Virus record (IMG/VR): IMGVR_UViG_3300046370_000202 | Direction: 5' to 3' (one strand) | DNA length: 64,000 nt | Source: a virus | Part shown: positions 1 to 8,654 of the stretch, in pieces | Position numbering within the stretch: position 1 is the first letter of the stretch | Layout of the letters: every line of letters starts with the position of its first letter | Notes under the pieces: generated by a model | Told to the model about the DNA's origin: nothing | Seen by the model: the letters and a program-made list of their open reading frames with translations, nothing else | The model's database searches: none | Made by a program: the position numbers and the translations under genes

Positions 1-369
1 CATCTCATCAAGAAAGTCGTCTAGAGAAAGTGAATCATTGAAGTCATCTTCCAGTTGTTGACTCTCATCTTCTTCAAGATATTCAGCCATTTCTTTCAGT
101 GCATTACTATACTGAGTTGTCATCTCCTCAGTCGGAACAGCAATAGACATTACCTTGTCAGTAAATACCATGATTATATTCATCGGTGAGTCTTGATAAA
201 CCATGTATGTTTTAAAAGCAAAAAACTTAGTACCATCATTCATTGTTTTAGCTGTAAGACTCAATGCATCTCGCACAATAAAAGAGTCTTTCATTTCGCT
301 AACTAACTCACAAATAAGTTCCTCACCCGTTACTAATTTCAAATGTTTAATCGAAGAGGTTGTCTCCAT
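1..369 (-). CDS. Conserved hypothetical protein downstream of UvsW (possibly Sm-like fold); runs off the window
   Basis: Not in the ORF track. ATG at 369 overlaps the UvsW end and reads METTSSIKHLKLVTGEELICELVSE..., open to position 1. The KLxxGEE(L/I)I start is typical of the small gene following uvsW in marine T4-like phages. Confidence 0.65.
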   Translation of the reverse strand, partial: METTSSIKHLKLVTGEELICELVSEMKDSFIVRDALSLTAKTMNDGTKFFAFKTYMVYQDSPMNIIMVFTDKVMSIAVPTEEMTTQYSNALKEMAEYLEEDESQQLEDDFNDSLSLDDFLDEM

Positions 370-1876
370 ATTCTTCTACTCTTATGGGTTTAAGGTTAAT
401 AGGATAGATCTTATAATCAAATCCTTCTTTAGTATATATCTTGATTCTTTCAGCGCTATGCTTCAGGGTAAAATTCTTATGAGATTTGACATGGAGATCA
501 TCAGCGATATCAATAAGCCTAGTACTCCTACCGTCGTCAGACTGACGAAGGCCACGACCAATTGATTGGAGAACTTTAACTTGAGATTTGGATGGTGTCG
601 CAAATACAATATTATGAAGGTTGCGGATGTTGATGCCAGTGCTGAAAGTGCCAAGAGAAGCGACAATAATAGCGTCATTTTCTTTTTCTACGATCCCTCG
701 TATTTGTTCACGATCAGTAGCGTCTACTTCACCAGACACGTAAAATACTTTGCGGTCTTCAGCAGCTAACTTCCTGATCATATCGTATAATACCTTTCCG
801 TGTTTCTCTACAAACTGAAACATCACTAAGGTATTCCCCGTTTGATCCAACGCAACTTTGCTAATAAACTTATTGCGCGGTTCATATGTGACAATGTAAT
901 CAAGTTCTTCCTGATAACTTTTGTCCTTCATCATGTGACAGATATCGTTGTGGTATCTTAACAACAAGATGGAGATGTCCAACTCTGCCAGTTCCTTTGA
1001 CTTTTGCAGTTCCACCGTGCGGGTAACAGTGAGCGTTGGGCCAAACAGTCCTTCTAAGACCAGTTTGTTTGTTTCGGTACCATCAAGGGTACCAGTAAGA
1101 CCAAATCTGTATTTGGCATTAATGCACTTGTCCATCATGGTAGTGAGAGACTTTGCTTTGAATAGATGCACCTCATCGCCAAAGACAGTTCCGAACTGTT
1201 CAAACCACTCTTTGCCGAACTTATAGATAGATTGCCATGTTGAGATGATAATGCGTTTGTCGGTATTCTTTTCTTTACCTGAGTAGATACGATGACAGAA
1301 TTCATCTACATCATATCCGTAATCTGAGAAGTCCTTGTACATTTGTTCTACAAGTGATGTGGTAGGAACGACTACCAGAATTTTTTCATCAGTGACCTCA
1401 AAACAGTACCGAAGAAGATTATATATGATAAATGACTTGCCGCTACCAGTAGGACTAAGTAAAATACAGCGTCGGTGCTCAACGCCGTGTGAAATAGCTT
1501 TGTACTGATAGTCTCTAGGCTTGAATGGTGCATCAAGAACAGATAAAAACTCAACCAAAGCAGGGTGATCGATGTCTTCTCTAAACGACGGAATTCCATA
1601 CGTTTCATGTTCAAGTATCTCTAACTGGTAAAATCTGTCCGCACAAAAACGGCGCAGATGTTGGTACAATCCTACATTCATTTGTTTCGACACTATGTTG
1701 TAGAGTTTAACCCTACCGTCCCAGTGTCGAGATTTATATGCTGGCATATATTTATAGCCAGGCACGAAGAAAGAGAAATACTCCCTCAATTCGTTTTCTT
1801 GTGCCGGATGAGCTTCCACCATAAAGTGTGAATGGTCTTTCATCCGAATTCGTATTTTATTATCCACCAGATTCAA
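347..1876 (-). CDS. uvsW: UvsW SF2 helicase
   Basis: Walker A SPTGSGKS, DEVH box, GLTGT motif III, QSIGRGLR motif VI; adjacent to uvsY. Confidence 0.96.
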   Translation of the reverse strand: MNLVDNKIRIRMKDHSHFMVEAHPAQENELREYFSFFVPGYKYMPAYKSRHWDGRVKLYNIVSKQMNVGLYQHLRRFCADRFYQLEILEHETYGIPSFREDIDHPALVEFLSVLDAPFKPRDYQYKAISHGVEHRRCILLSPTGSGKSFIIYNLLRYCFEVTDEKILVVVPTTSLVEQMYKDFSDYGYDVDEFCHRIYSGKEKNTDKRIIISTWQSIYKFGKEWFEQFGTVFGDEVHLFKAKSLTTMMDKCINAKYRFGLTGTLDGTETNKLVLEGLFGPTLTVTRTVELQKSKELAELDISILLLRYHNDICHMMKDKSYQEELDYIVTYEPRNKFISKVALDQTGNTLVMFQFVEKHGKVLYDMIRKLAAEDRKVFYVSGEVDATDREQIRGIVEKENDAIIVASLGTFSTGINIRNLHNIVFATPSKSQVKVLQSIGRGLRQSDDGRSTRLIDIADDLHVKSHKNFTLKHSAERIKIYTKEGFDYKIYPINLKPIRVEEYGDNLFD

Positions 1877-2306
1877 ACTTTCTATAGTCGATCATGTTCT
1901 TGATCGTAGAATGTCTCCACTTCAAAACATTTAATATATCCGTTAAAGTATCTATCTGTATCTTTAACATAGATATTCTCTCTACTGACTTCTGTATCTC
2001 TGGATCAGCGTCATAGTAGTAGTCCATTTCCCCCTTCAGAATTTTAAGACCATTGAATGGATCTGGTTCCCAGCCCTTATCCATGATCTCTTTCTGATCC
2101 ATTTTACCATTATAGTATAACCACTTTTGTTTTAATAGTGTCTTCTGTGAAGTCTCTGCTCGTTGCAGTGACAACTTACTAATGGTAAGGTACTCTAGAT
2201 ATTTTGCATGTAAGTTGGGCGTTCTCCTTGATGTCTCATCTAACTGGTGGATTGGAATGTGAGAATCTTCTTCCCACTCTTTTAAAATGCCTTCAATATT
2301 AATCAT
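1860..2306 (-). CDS. uvsY: UvsY recombination mediator
   Basis: 148 aa; LHAKYL, WLYYNGK, YYYDAD, IKNMIDYRKFESG; immediately upstream of uvsW. Confidence 0.92.
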   Translation of the reverse strand: MINIEGILKEWEEDSHIPIHQLDETSRRTPNLHAKYLEYLTISKLSLQRAETSQKTLLKQKWLYYNGKMDQKEIMDKGWEPDPFNGLKILKGEMDYYYDADPEIQKSVERISMLKIQIDTLTDILNVLKWRHSTIKNMIDYRKFESGG

Positions 2307-2339
2307 GTAAAAACTCTTGCGGATAAAACGTATAGTATA

Positions 2340-2987
2340 TCACGTATGGGTGATGTAGTCAATACAATCTTTCCAATAATCTTCATTGTGACCTAAGACG
2401 TAGCTCAATGTCATACGGTAACAGTTGGTTCTCGCGGCGTGATACACCACTTGATCTGATCCGTACTCACCAAAATATCCTGCCTTTAGTTGCCACCCCC
2501 GTTCATCTTGAATCGTAATAACCGCTTGCGTTTCTGGATCGACATATTTGAACCATCCGTCTCCTTCTTCTGACCAAGTAAAAATCAGATTGAAGGCAGA
2601 CGCATTCGCGTTATTGTGCCACCCAATAAACCCGTTCGGCGGATATAGAGTAGATAACGCACTTGTTTCCAAACCAAGTTCTGTCTTCATTTTACCGTCA
2701 AGATGGGACCATGTCTTTGCATACTCTTCAGGATGCGTCCCACGATAAAACTCAACCTTGATAGGATGACACACAGAGTTCTCTGCCGCACCCAGATGTC
2801 GTTCTCCCATATTCATTATACGACGCATTTCATTTTCGCCTGTATAATGATCAGCCATCCCTGCTTGATCTGATCTCAGTACAAGGTTGGTCTTTTCTGG
2901 TTGGTAGAGTTCACGATAAGTGTACCGAAACTCTTCTAACAGATCAAGAACATTCCTATTCTTGATCTCGTATTTTGAAAGGGTCAT
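2340..2987 (-). CDS. Putative Fe(II)/2OG-oxygenase-like double-stranded beta-helix protein with H-x-N motif; paralog of 40312..41016
   Basis: YPPNGFIGWHNNAN...YHAA...RMTLSY matches the H-x-D...H...R spacing of 2OG oxygenases, with Asn in place of Asp. Confidence 0.6.
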   Translation of the reverse strand: MTLSKYEIKNRNVLDLLEEFRYTYRELYQPEKTNLVLRSDQAGMADHYTGENEMRRIMNMGERHLGAAENSVCHPIKVEFYRGTHPEEYAKTWSHLDGKMKTELGLETSALSTLYPPNGFIGWHNNANASAFNLIFTWSEEGDGWFKYVDPETQAVITIQDERGWQLKAGYFGEYGSDQVVYHAARTNCYRMTLSYVLGHNEDYWKDCIDYITHT

Positions 2988-3779
2988 TTAGTCGTTATCT
3001 ACCAAAATAATATCAAATGTTGCTGACACTTGTGTTTGTTGTCCAGCCACGACATCTACTTTGATGTCAGTCATTTCTGGAACGACTAATGGTACTGGGT
3101 ATTCAATATCCAGACTTTGACCGCCCGCAGCATTTAAGTTTGCTTTGATTCGGAATACACCGCCGTCAGTAACTTCACGACAAAACAAACGATATGTCAT
3201 ACGCGAGTTAGTGGATGCTTTGTCGGAACCCAAGTGAAGACCCAGTATGTAACCAGTCTTACCGGCAGGTACTGTGTATGTTGACATCAAAGTCTGACCT
3301 AGACCAGCAAGAATCTTGGCCGCGAGATCACCGCCTTGATTAATTGTAACATCACTTGCGTTGGTAGTAGTAGACATCTTGCATCGGAACACACGAGAGA
3401 AAGTTAGAACACCTGTTGCGCCGATAGCAATCGTCTCACTCTGTAGATTGTAGTCCGCATCTAGACCGTCAACGATCACATCTTCACCAACCTCTGTTAG
3501 AGAAGATATGGAAACTAGACCAGCATCTGGGTATGGGTATGCAACATCGCCGTCATTACCGTCCCAAACAGTTCCTTCTGTCACGTCTCCGTTAGTCGCA
3601 CCAAACTTGTTGATATGTGCGTAACCAGATACATCACCGGCTGCGATTGAAATATTACTTGCCGCGCCAGAGGTGTTTAGGATGTTACCGTCTTTGTCGG
3701 CAATCATTACGACTTCGTGGATATCGTTGCGAGTTCCACCACCTAAATGTATGCCTCTCCTTGCGCTATATTGTGCCAT
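2988..3779 (-). CDS. Hypothetical protein, beta-rich, possibly virion-associated
   Basis: 263-aa ORF with GGAGG RBS directly after gp3; no motif I can assign. Confidence 0.55.
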   Translation of the reverse strand: MAQYSARRGIHLGGGTRNDIHEVVMIADKDGNILNTSGAASNISIAAGDVSGYAHINKFGATNGDVTEGTVWDGNDGDVAYPYPDAGLVSISSLTEVGEDVIVDGLDADYNLQSETIAIGATGVLTFSRVFRCKMSTTTNASDVTINQGGDLAAKILAGLGQTLMSTYTVPAGKTGYILGLHLGSDKASTNSRMTYRLFCREVTDGGVFRIKANLNAAGGQSLDIEYPVPLVVPEMTDIKVDVVAGQQTQVSATFDIILVDND

Positions 3780-3789
3780 TATGACCTCC

Positions 3790-4257
3790 TTAAACTAATT
3801 CAAATTCTGTAAATCTAAATGTCACATCAAAGGATATGTATGCCACATCGCCTTGAGTCGACGTAAACTCAATAGAACCCAACTGTGTTGGTATAGCGTT
3901 CTTATATCGAATCTTGCCACACGAGTTGTTATGACTATTGAGAATGATAACGGTCACATCATGATTCACAGTCTCGCCTTTGTTATAGACACATTGTTCT
4001 AACCAAGTCTGCATTTCTTTATATGCAGAAAGATCTTCGTCAAGAATTAGTGTTAAGGACAAATCGCCGTAATTGATAGTGTCTCCAGAAACCGGAAACC
4101 CTTGAATTCTAGGTATACCAATTTCTACAGCATTAACTGTAGAGCCGGGATGTGTAACAGACTGTGAAAAGAACTCAAGGTTTGCATACTGTTCTCGTTC
4201 TATTACAATACGAAATCCTGACGGTTGCAAAAAGTTCTTGTTGTTAGTTAAACTCAT
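3790..4257 (-). CDS. gp3: Tail tube terminator / tail completion protein gp3
   Basis: NFLQPSGF, LEFFSQSVTHPG, LILDEDL..YKEMQTWL, ILNSHNN; position after gp23 as in marine T4-like phages. Confidence 0.88.
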   Translation of the reverse strand: MSLTNNKNFLQPSGFRIVIEREQYANLEFFSQSVTHPGSTVNAVEIGIPRIQGFPVSGDTINYGDLSLTLILDEDLSAYKEMQTWLEQCVYNKGETVNHDVTVIILNSHNNSCGKIRYKNAIPTQLGSIEFTSTQGDVAYISFDVTFRFTEFELV

Positions 4258-4278
4258 AATAAGTCCTCGTTATCACTT

Positions 4279-4286
4279 TATTTATA
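4279..4286 (-). promoter_or_regulatory. T4-type late promoter TATAAATA upstream of gp3
   Basis: Exact TATTTATA on + strand, intergenic. Confidence 0.8.
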
Positions 4287-4291
4287 CGCAT

Positions 4292-4316
4292 AAAAAAAGG
4301 GAGTCCGAAGACTCCC
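4292..4316 (-). terminator. Intrinsic terminator after gp23
   Basis: GGGAGTC-TTCG-GACTCCC stem with C(UUCG)G tetraloop followed by T7. Confidence 0.9.
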
Positions 4317-4345
4317 CAAAATGACTAGTAGACTAGTTCTTTTTA

Positions 4346-5710
4346 TTAAACACCTGCGCGATCAAGAATATTGTCGACGCGGAAGATGCGGTAGTATGTG
4401 TTCAAACCAGTTGTCGCAGAGATGTCACGTGAAGATCCATCTAGTGTGCCGATGAATGGGTTCGCAGCCATACCATAACGAGTCTTAAACCCGATACGTG
4501 GTTGGAAATCATTCTCGCCAACTGCCTTGACCATCTGTAGTGGTACATATGGGCAATAGAACATACCAGCGTCATATGGGTTAGTACCCTTATAACCTAC
4601 TGTACAGTAGTTGATGTCTGCGTATGGATCGATGAATACGCGCATACGACCGTTTAGAGTACCAGCGAATGTGTTACCAGTATCATCTACTGATAGACCA
4701 GCGCCTGGAGTGTAGTCCAACTGACCAGAAGCTGCAAGTGCAGTAGCAACGTCAGATGAACATACGATGATGTTACCCTTACCGCGACGTGTGTCTTTCG
4801 CGATACGGTTTGCTTCGCGTTCGATCTGCATTGCTAGACCTTTGAACTTCTCCGCAGACCAACGACCATCAGCGTCTGTCGATAGATCGAAGATGCCTGG
4901 GTTAGTAACGTTTGAAGACTCTTGTAGACCAAGTTTAGCCTGCAAGTTGATTGTACGAACGATTTCGCGGTTGATTTCAGCAAGAATCTCTGTAGACAGA
5001 ATGTTTGCTAGTTCTGTCTCTGCGTCTAGACCGTGGATTGCCTTTAGGTCTTGCGCTAGTTCTAGTGAGTACTCAGCCTTTAGTGCACGTGACTTTGCAG
5101 TGACGGCTGTCTTCTCGATTGAGAAACCCATCTCTTGGAAAGCACCTGTGTCACGACCTAGACCTTCTGCCGCAGCAGTTGACATTGGACGACCTACTGC
5201 ATCAACAACAGTGAAAGTATCTGAGTCTCCACCGAAACCAGAAGCTTGTGTAGTTGGTGCATCACCAGCGTTATCAAATCCGCTTGAGTATGGTGGTACA
5301 GCGCCTGGCTTACCACCAGAGAATCCAGTACTTGGCTCGTCTAGACCCAATGCTTCTGGTCCGTCCATACCGTTGTACTTTGACTTCATCGCGAAGATTA
5401 GACCAGTTGGGCCAGACATTGGCTGGACACCACATAGGTCATATGCCATTAGGTTTGGCATTGCGCGACGTACTAGTGAGATTAGGATTGGATCCCAGTT
5501 AGCAACGCCTGCATTACCGACGCTGTTAGTTGGACCAGTTTCTGTTAGAAAACCACCCATTGCAGCACGCTCTTCTGAAAGTGCCTTCTCTTGGTTTTCT
5601 AGGATAGCAGCTGTAACTGCCTTACGGTGATGATCGGTGATTTGACCAGCAGACTCTTCATTAAGTACTGGCGCCCACTTCTCAATCAATTGATCGAATG
5701 AATTGTTCAT
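4346..5710 (-). CDS. gp23: Major capsid protein gp23
   Basis: KWAPVL, LVRRAMPNLMAYDLCGVQPMSGPTGLIFAM, KSRALKAEYSLELAQDLKAIHGLDAETELANILSTEI, FQPRIGFKTRYG. Confidence 0.99.
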   Translation of the reverse strand: MNNSFDQLIEKWAPVLNEESAGQITDHHRKAVTAAILENQEKALSEERAAMGGFLTETGPTNSVGNAGVANWDPILISLVRRAMPNLMAYDLCGVQPMSGPTGLIFAMKSKYNGMDGPEALGLDEPSTGFSGGKPGAVPPYSSGFDNAGDAPTTQASGFGGDSDTFTVVDAVGRPMSTAAAEGLGRDTGAFQEMGFSIEKTAVTAKSRALKAEYSLELAQDLKAIHGLDAETELANILSTEILAEINREIVRTINLQAKLGLQESSNVTNPGIFDLSTDADGRWSAEKFKGLAMQIEREANRIAKDTRRGKGNIIVCSSDVATALAASGQLDYTPGAGLSVDDTGNTFAGTLNGRMRVFIDPYADINYCTVGYKGTNPYDAGMFYCPYVPLQMVKAVGENDFQPRIGFKTRYGMAANPFIGTLDGSSRDISATTGLNTYYRIFRVDNILDRAGV

Positions 5711-5721
5711 TGTTAGATTCC

Positions 5722-6759
5722 TTATTTCTTAGAGGTTTTACGTAGAGCGCTCAAGTATCCTTCCATAGATTGTGATACTTCTACTTCTTCTTCAGCTTCT
5801 TCTGAAGCTGACTCTTCAAGTTGCTCTGGAATTTCTTTTGAGAAGTATGATTCTTTAACTGTATTCACTTTAGTAACGAATGATTCTTCGTTCTCAAAAT
5901 CAACACTGTTTAGAAGATCTGCTAACTTCTCCGCTTGTGTGTCTGCCAAATCACGAGATGCTTCAGCGATAATCGCTTCACGCTTATAATTTTCTAGTTC
6001 TTCAGCAAGTGAAATTGCATCACCAGTAGTTGAGTTTAGACGTTCTTCTAAATCTTCTACTTGTCCTGCAAGTTCATCAACTAGGTCTACCTTAGACTCT
6101 GGAACTTCAACGTAAGACTCTACGAATAGATCACGCATTCCGTTCATGAACCCTTCAGCGATTTCAGTACGTAGACCGTTCTGAATTGCCAACTTGTTCT
6201 CTTCCATCCAAGATTCAACCACGTAGTTTAGGTATGAATCAACTTTACCGACTAGGTCGGTTTTGATTGTTTCGACTTCTTCAGCAAGCTCTTCAGCATA
6301 CTGCTCTTCTAGTCGAGTTACTTCTTCAGAAAGCTTAGACTTAACTGCAGACTCAAAGATGATTGCGGTCTTTTCCTTGAACTCTTCTGATAGAGTTGCT
6401 TCACCATCAACAATTGCAGATAGTTCTGCAGATGTGTCAGCGTCTTCAACGTCATCCAGTAGTTCAACAGACTCTGCAAACAACTTGTTGTATGCATTTG
6501 TTAGGTCTTCTTTTTTCATTTTAGAAGTAGCCTTATACATGGCGTTAACCATGCCTGCCTTTGTTTTAGGCGGAGCAGTCTTTGAAGTTGCCTTCTTAGC
6601 TTTATCTACAGAGGCGATTGACTCAGGTTCATCAATAGGTTGATCTTCCTTTGCCTTGCCTTTAGTTGTAGGAGCTTTTGCTTCTTCGAGAGTTTCCTCC
6701 ACGATTTCGTTTGTTTCAACATCTAGATCGCGGATTTCACCTTGATTTAAATCAGTCAT
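5722..6759 (-). CDS. gp22: Prohead core scaffold protein gp22
   Basis: Acidic helical protein with LSEEFKEK..IFESAV, KVDSYLNYVVESWMEEN, VKESYF; between gp21 and gp23. Confidence 0.95.
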   Translation of the reverse strand: MTDLNQGEIRDLDVETNEIVEETLEEAKAPTTKGKAKEDQPIDEPESIASVDKAKKATSKTAPPKTKAGMVNAMYKATSKMKKEDLTNAYNKLFAESVELLDDVEDADTSAELSAIVDGEATLSEEFKEKTAIIFESAVKSKLSEEVTRLEEQYAEELAEEVETIKTDLVGKVDSYLNYVVESWMEENKLAIQNGLRTEIAEGFMNGMRDLFVESYVEVPESKVDLVDELAGQVEDLEERLNSTTGDAISLAEELENYKREAIIAEASRDLADTQAEKLADLLNSVDFENEESFVTKVNTVKESYFSKEIPEQLEESASEEAEEEVEVSQSMEGYLSALRKTSKK

Positions 6760-6768
6760 AGTGACTCC

Positions 6769-7428
6769 TTATAGTTTAGATTTGATTAACGAGAGGAAAT
6801 TCTTGAACTCACGCATTTGCACTTCAGGTTGATGTGCAATTGGTGCTTGCTTAATTTCAGTCTCTATATCTTCAATGACTTGAGGTTGAAGTACTCCATT
6901 ATTCCAGACCCAGTCTACACCTTCCATAATCCCATTAACAAATGCTTCTGGTGCGCTTGGATCTTGTACGATATCTACCGTATTAAGAATAAAGTCTTCT
7001 TTGACGTACATTGCGCCATTTTTTCTCTCAAGACTTCCCATTCCACGAGTTGACACGCCTAGTTGTACACCACCTTCTAAGAGACCTTTCACAATCTTGC
7101 CCATTGGGGTGTCCAATATTTGTGCCTTTCCAACCACATCATTACCTTCCAATTTTAGGTCTGTGATGAGGTGAGAAACTTTATCAAGGTTAACGGTTGG
7201 GCCCTCTGGATGATTCAATTCACCCACGGCGCGTTTTTTGTTAACCTGTTCTTCAACGTACTTGTTTACAGCAGATTCCATAATCTGTTTTGGGTAAACA
7301 CGTCCGTTACGATTCTTTTGTTCTGCCTGTGCAAATACACCTTCAATAACAAAATTCTTGCCGCCATCTTCTTTGGCTTCAACGATGCATTGTATATCGT
7401 TTTCTACGTATTCGCTAATCAGTTTCAT
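6769..7428 (-). CDS. gp21: Prohead protease gp21
   Basis: IEGVFAQAEQKNRNGRVYP, GELNHP, LGVSTRGMGSL, DIVQDPSAPEAFV. Confidence 0.97.
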   Translation of the reverse strand: MKLISEYVENDIQCIVEAKEDGGKNFVIEGVFAQAEQKNRNGRVYPKQIMESAVNKYVEEQVNKKRAVGELNHPEGPTVNLDKVSHLITDLKLEGNDVVGKAQILDTPMGKIVKGLLEGGVQLGVSTRGMGSLERKNGAMYVKEDFILNTVDIVQDPSAPEAFVNGIMEGVDWVWNNGVLQPQVIEDIETEIKQAPIAHQPEVQMREFKNFLSLIKSKL

Positions 7429-7429
7429 T

Positions 7430-7627
7430 TTATTTTCCTAAGTCTTTAAGGACTTGTTTCGCGGTTGACTCCGCTTCTTTTTGTGACTTAAATGTGTCAA
7501 CAGAATCTCCATCGATTGACAGATGAAAACCCTTTGCAGTTTTAGTGATGACTACCGGATAACCAGACATCTTTTTCTTCAAGACGACCTTATCTTTCGC
7601 CTCACGTAATTCTTGAAAAGTTTTCAC
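7430..7627 (-). CDS. Small basic protein with a T4 internal-protein-like N-terminal capsid-targeting sequence, in the gp68 position
   Basis: Starts MKTFQELREA (T4 IPII/IPIII start MKTYQEFIAE); RBS AAGGAG and its own late promoter; stop is 1 nt from the gp21 start. Confidence 0.65.
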   Translation of the reverse strand: MKTFQELREAKDKVVLKKKMSGYPVVITKTAKGFHLSIDGDSVDTFKSQKEAESTAKQVLKDLGK

Positions 7628-7647
7628 ATTAAGTCTCCTTTAGAATG

Positions 7648-7655
7648 TATTTATA
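7648..7655 (-). promoter_or_regulatory. T4-type late promoter TATAAATA for the 65-aa/gp21/gp22/gp23 genes
   Basis: Exact motif, intergenic. Confidence 0.8.
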
Positions 7656-7684
7656 CAAAAAAGTTTTTTAAATGTAACTTTTTG

Positions 7685-8320
7685 TTATTTACGATAAAGA
7701 TGCTTCGTACTACCGAACATTTGATCAGCATAAACTGGATCTGGGCCATCATAATAGACATGTTTCTTTTTAAAATGTCTCGGTATCAAATAGTGTGACG
7801 GCCATATTACCAGTTTGTGTTTCTCTTTATCTGGTACAAATTGTGACAACCATTCATTACCCGTAGACTTATACGGTTTAGGGTCCAAGTCTTCCGGTCT
7901 TAATTTGTGCAGTTCGTCAATCAACATTCGCACAAACGTATTCTCTGGATTACACGCCTGTATCGGTGAGATAAAGTTAGGCACAATAGTCTCACTCTCA
8001 AATACAGTGTATGCATGATCCGCAGGCGCAGTGAATAGTTCATCCGTATTACGTAAACAAACTGCATCAGCTGGCGGTAAAAACCCACCTTGTTCATACA
8101 GTAGTTCATATCGGATTAAATCCGCAACACCTGCGTACGCCCCCTGATTATAATACTTTGCGATTAGATGTTGATTGTGCCATTGTCTGGCTCGTAACAT
8201 CTCATCTGTAAAAATATAATAGTCCCAGTCGGGGTGTTTTTCTTTCCATGTATCCATCCACTGCAATGGTGGGCTTAAATGCCCTATCCATATGTGACAC
8301 ATGCTTTTAACTATATTCAC
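7685..8320 (-). CDS. Glycosyltransferase, GT32/Gly_transf_sug-like, with degenerate DxD
   Basis: HIWIG...WKEKHPDWDY...ADLIRYELLYEQGG matches H-x-I-W...W...P...D-x-x-R-Y-x-x-L-Y-x-x-G-G. The usual YxDxD reads FLPPAD. ATGA overlap with the upstream gene. Confidence 0.75.
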   Translation of the reverse strand: MNIVKSMCHIWIGHLSPPLQWMDTWKEKHPDWDYYIFTDEMLRARQWHNQHLIAKYYNQGAYAGVADLIRYELLYEQGGFLPPADAVCLRNTDELFTAPADHAYTVFESETIVPNFISPIQACNPENTFVRMLIDELHKLRPEDLDPKPYKSTGNEWLSQFVPDKEKHKLVIWPSHYLIPRHFKKKHVYYDGPDPVYADQMFGSTKHLYRK

Positions 8321-8652
8321 GACTCTTCGGTTTCTTCCAATTCAGAATCTGTAGAACCAAAATCTTCAGCTTCTTCGCCGTATTCGACTTCCGAAGTATC
8401 GTCAACCTCAACTTCGTCGTCTAGATCCATCTCTTCCGGTTCAACGCCATTAAAGATCTGATCAGCGACCGCAACTTTCTCAGCATCTAAAGCATCTTGG
8501 ACTTTATTGCCCAAAATGTCATTAAATAGAGTTTCAGCTCCATTGAAGTTGCCGTTCTGAAGTGCATCAACAAAACTTAGAGTAGGATCAACTTCTACCT
8601 CAGTCTCTGCCACTTCTAGTTCTAAATCTAATTCTGTATCTAATTCATTCAT
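8317..8652 (-). CDS. Prohead core protein, gp67-like
   Basis: Very acidic 111-aa protein directly after portal; FVDAL..GN...A...F..IL..KV.DAL..EK..VA..IF pattern. Confidence 0.75.
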   Translation of the reverse strand: MNELDTELDLELEVAETEVEVDPTLSFVDALQNGNFNGAETLFNDILGNKVQDALDAEKVAVADQIFNGVEPEEMDLDDEVEVDDTSEVEYGEEAEDFGSTDSELEETEES

Positions 8653-8654
8653 GG

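Noticed and set aside
203-565. 120-aa plus-strand ORF
   Set aside because: Antisense to the uvsW end and to the better-supported minus-strand gene starting at 369.
4767-5630. 287-aa plus-strand ORF
   Set aside because: Antisense shadow of gp23 caused by codon bias; no independent signal.
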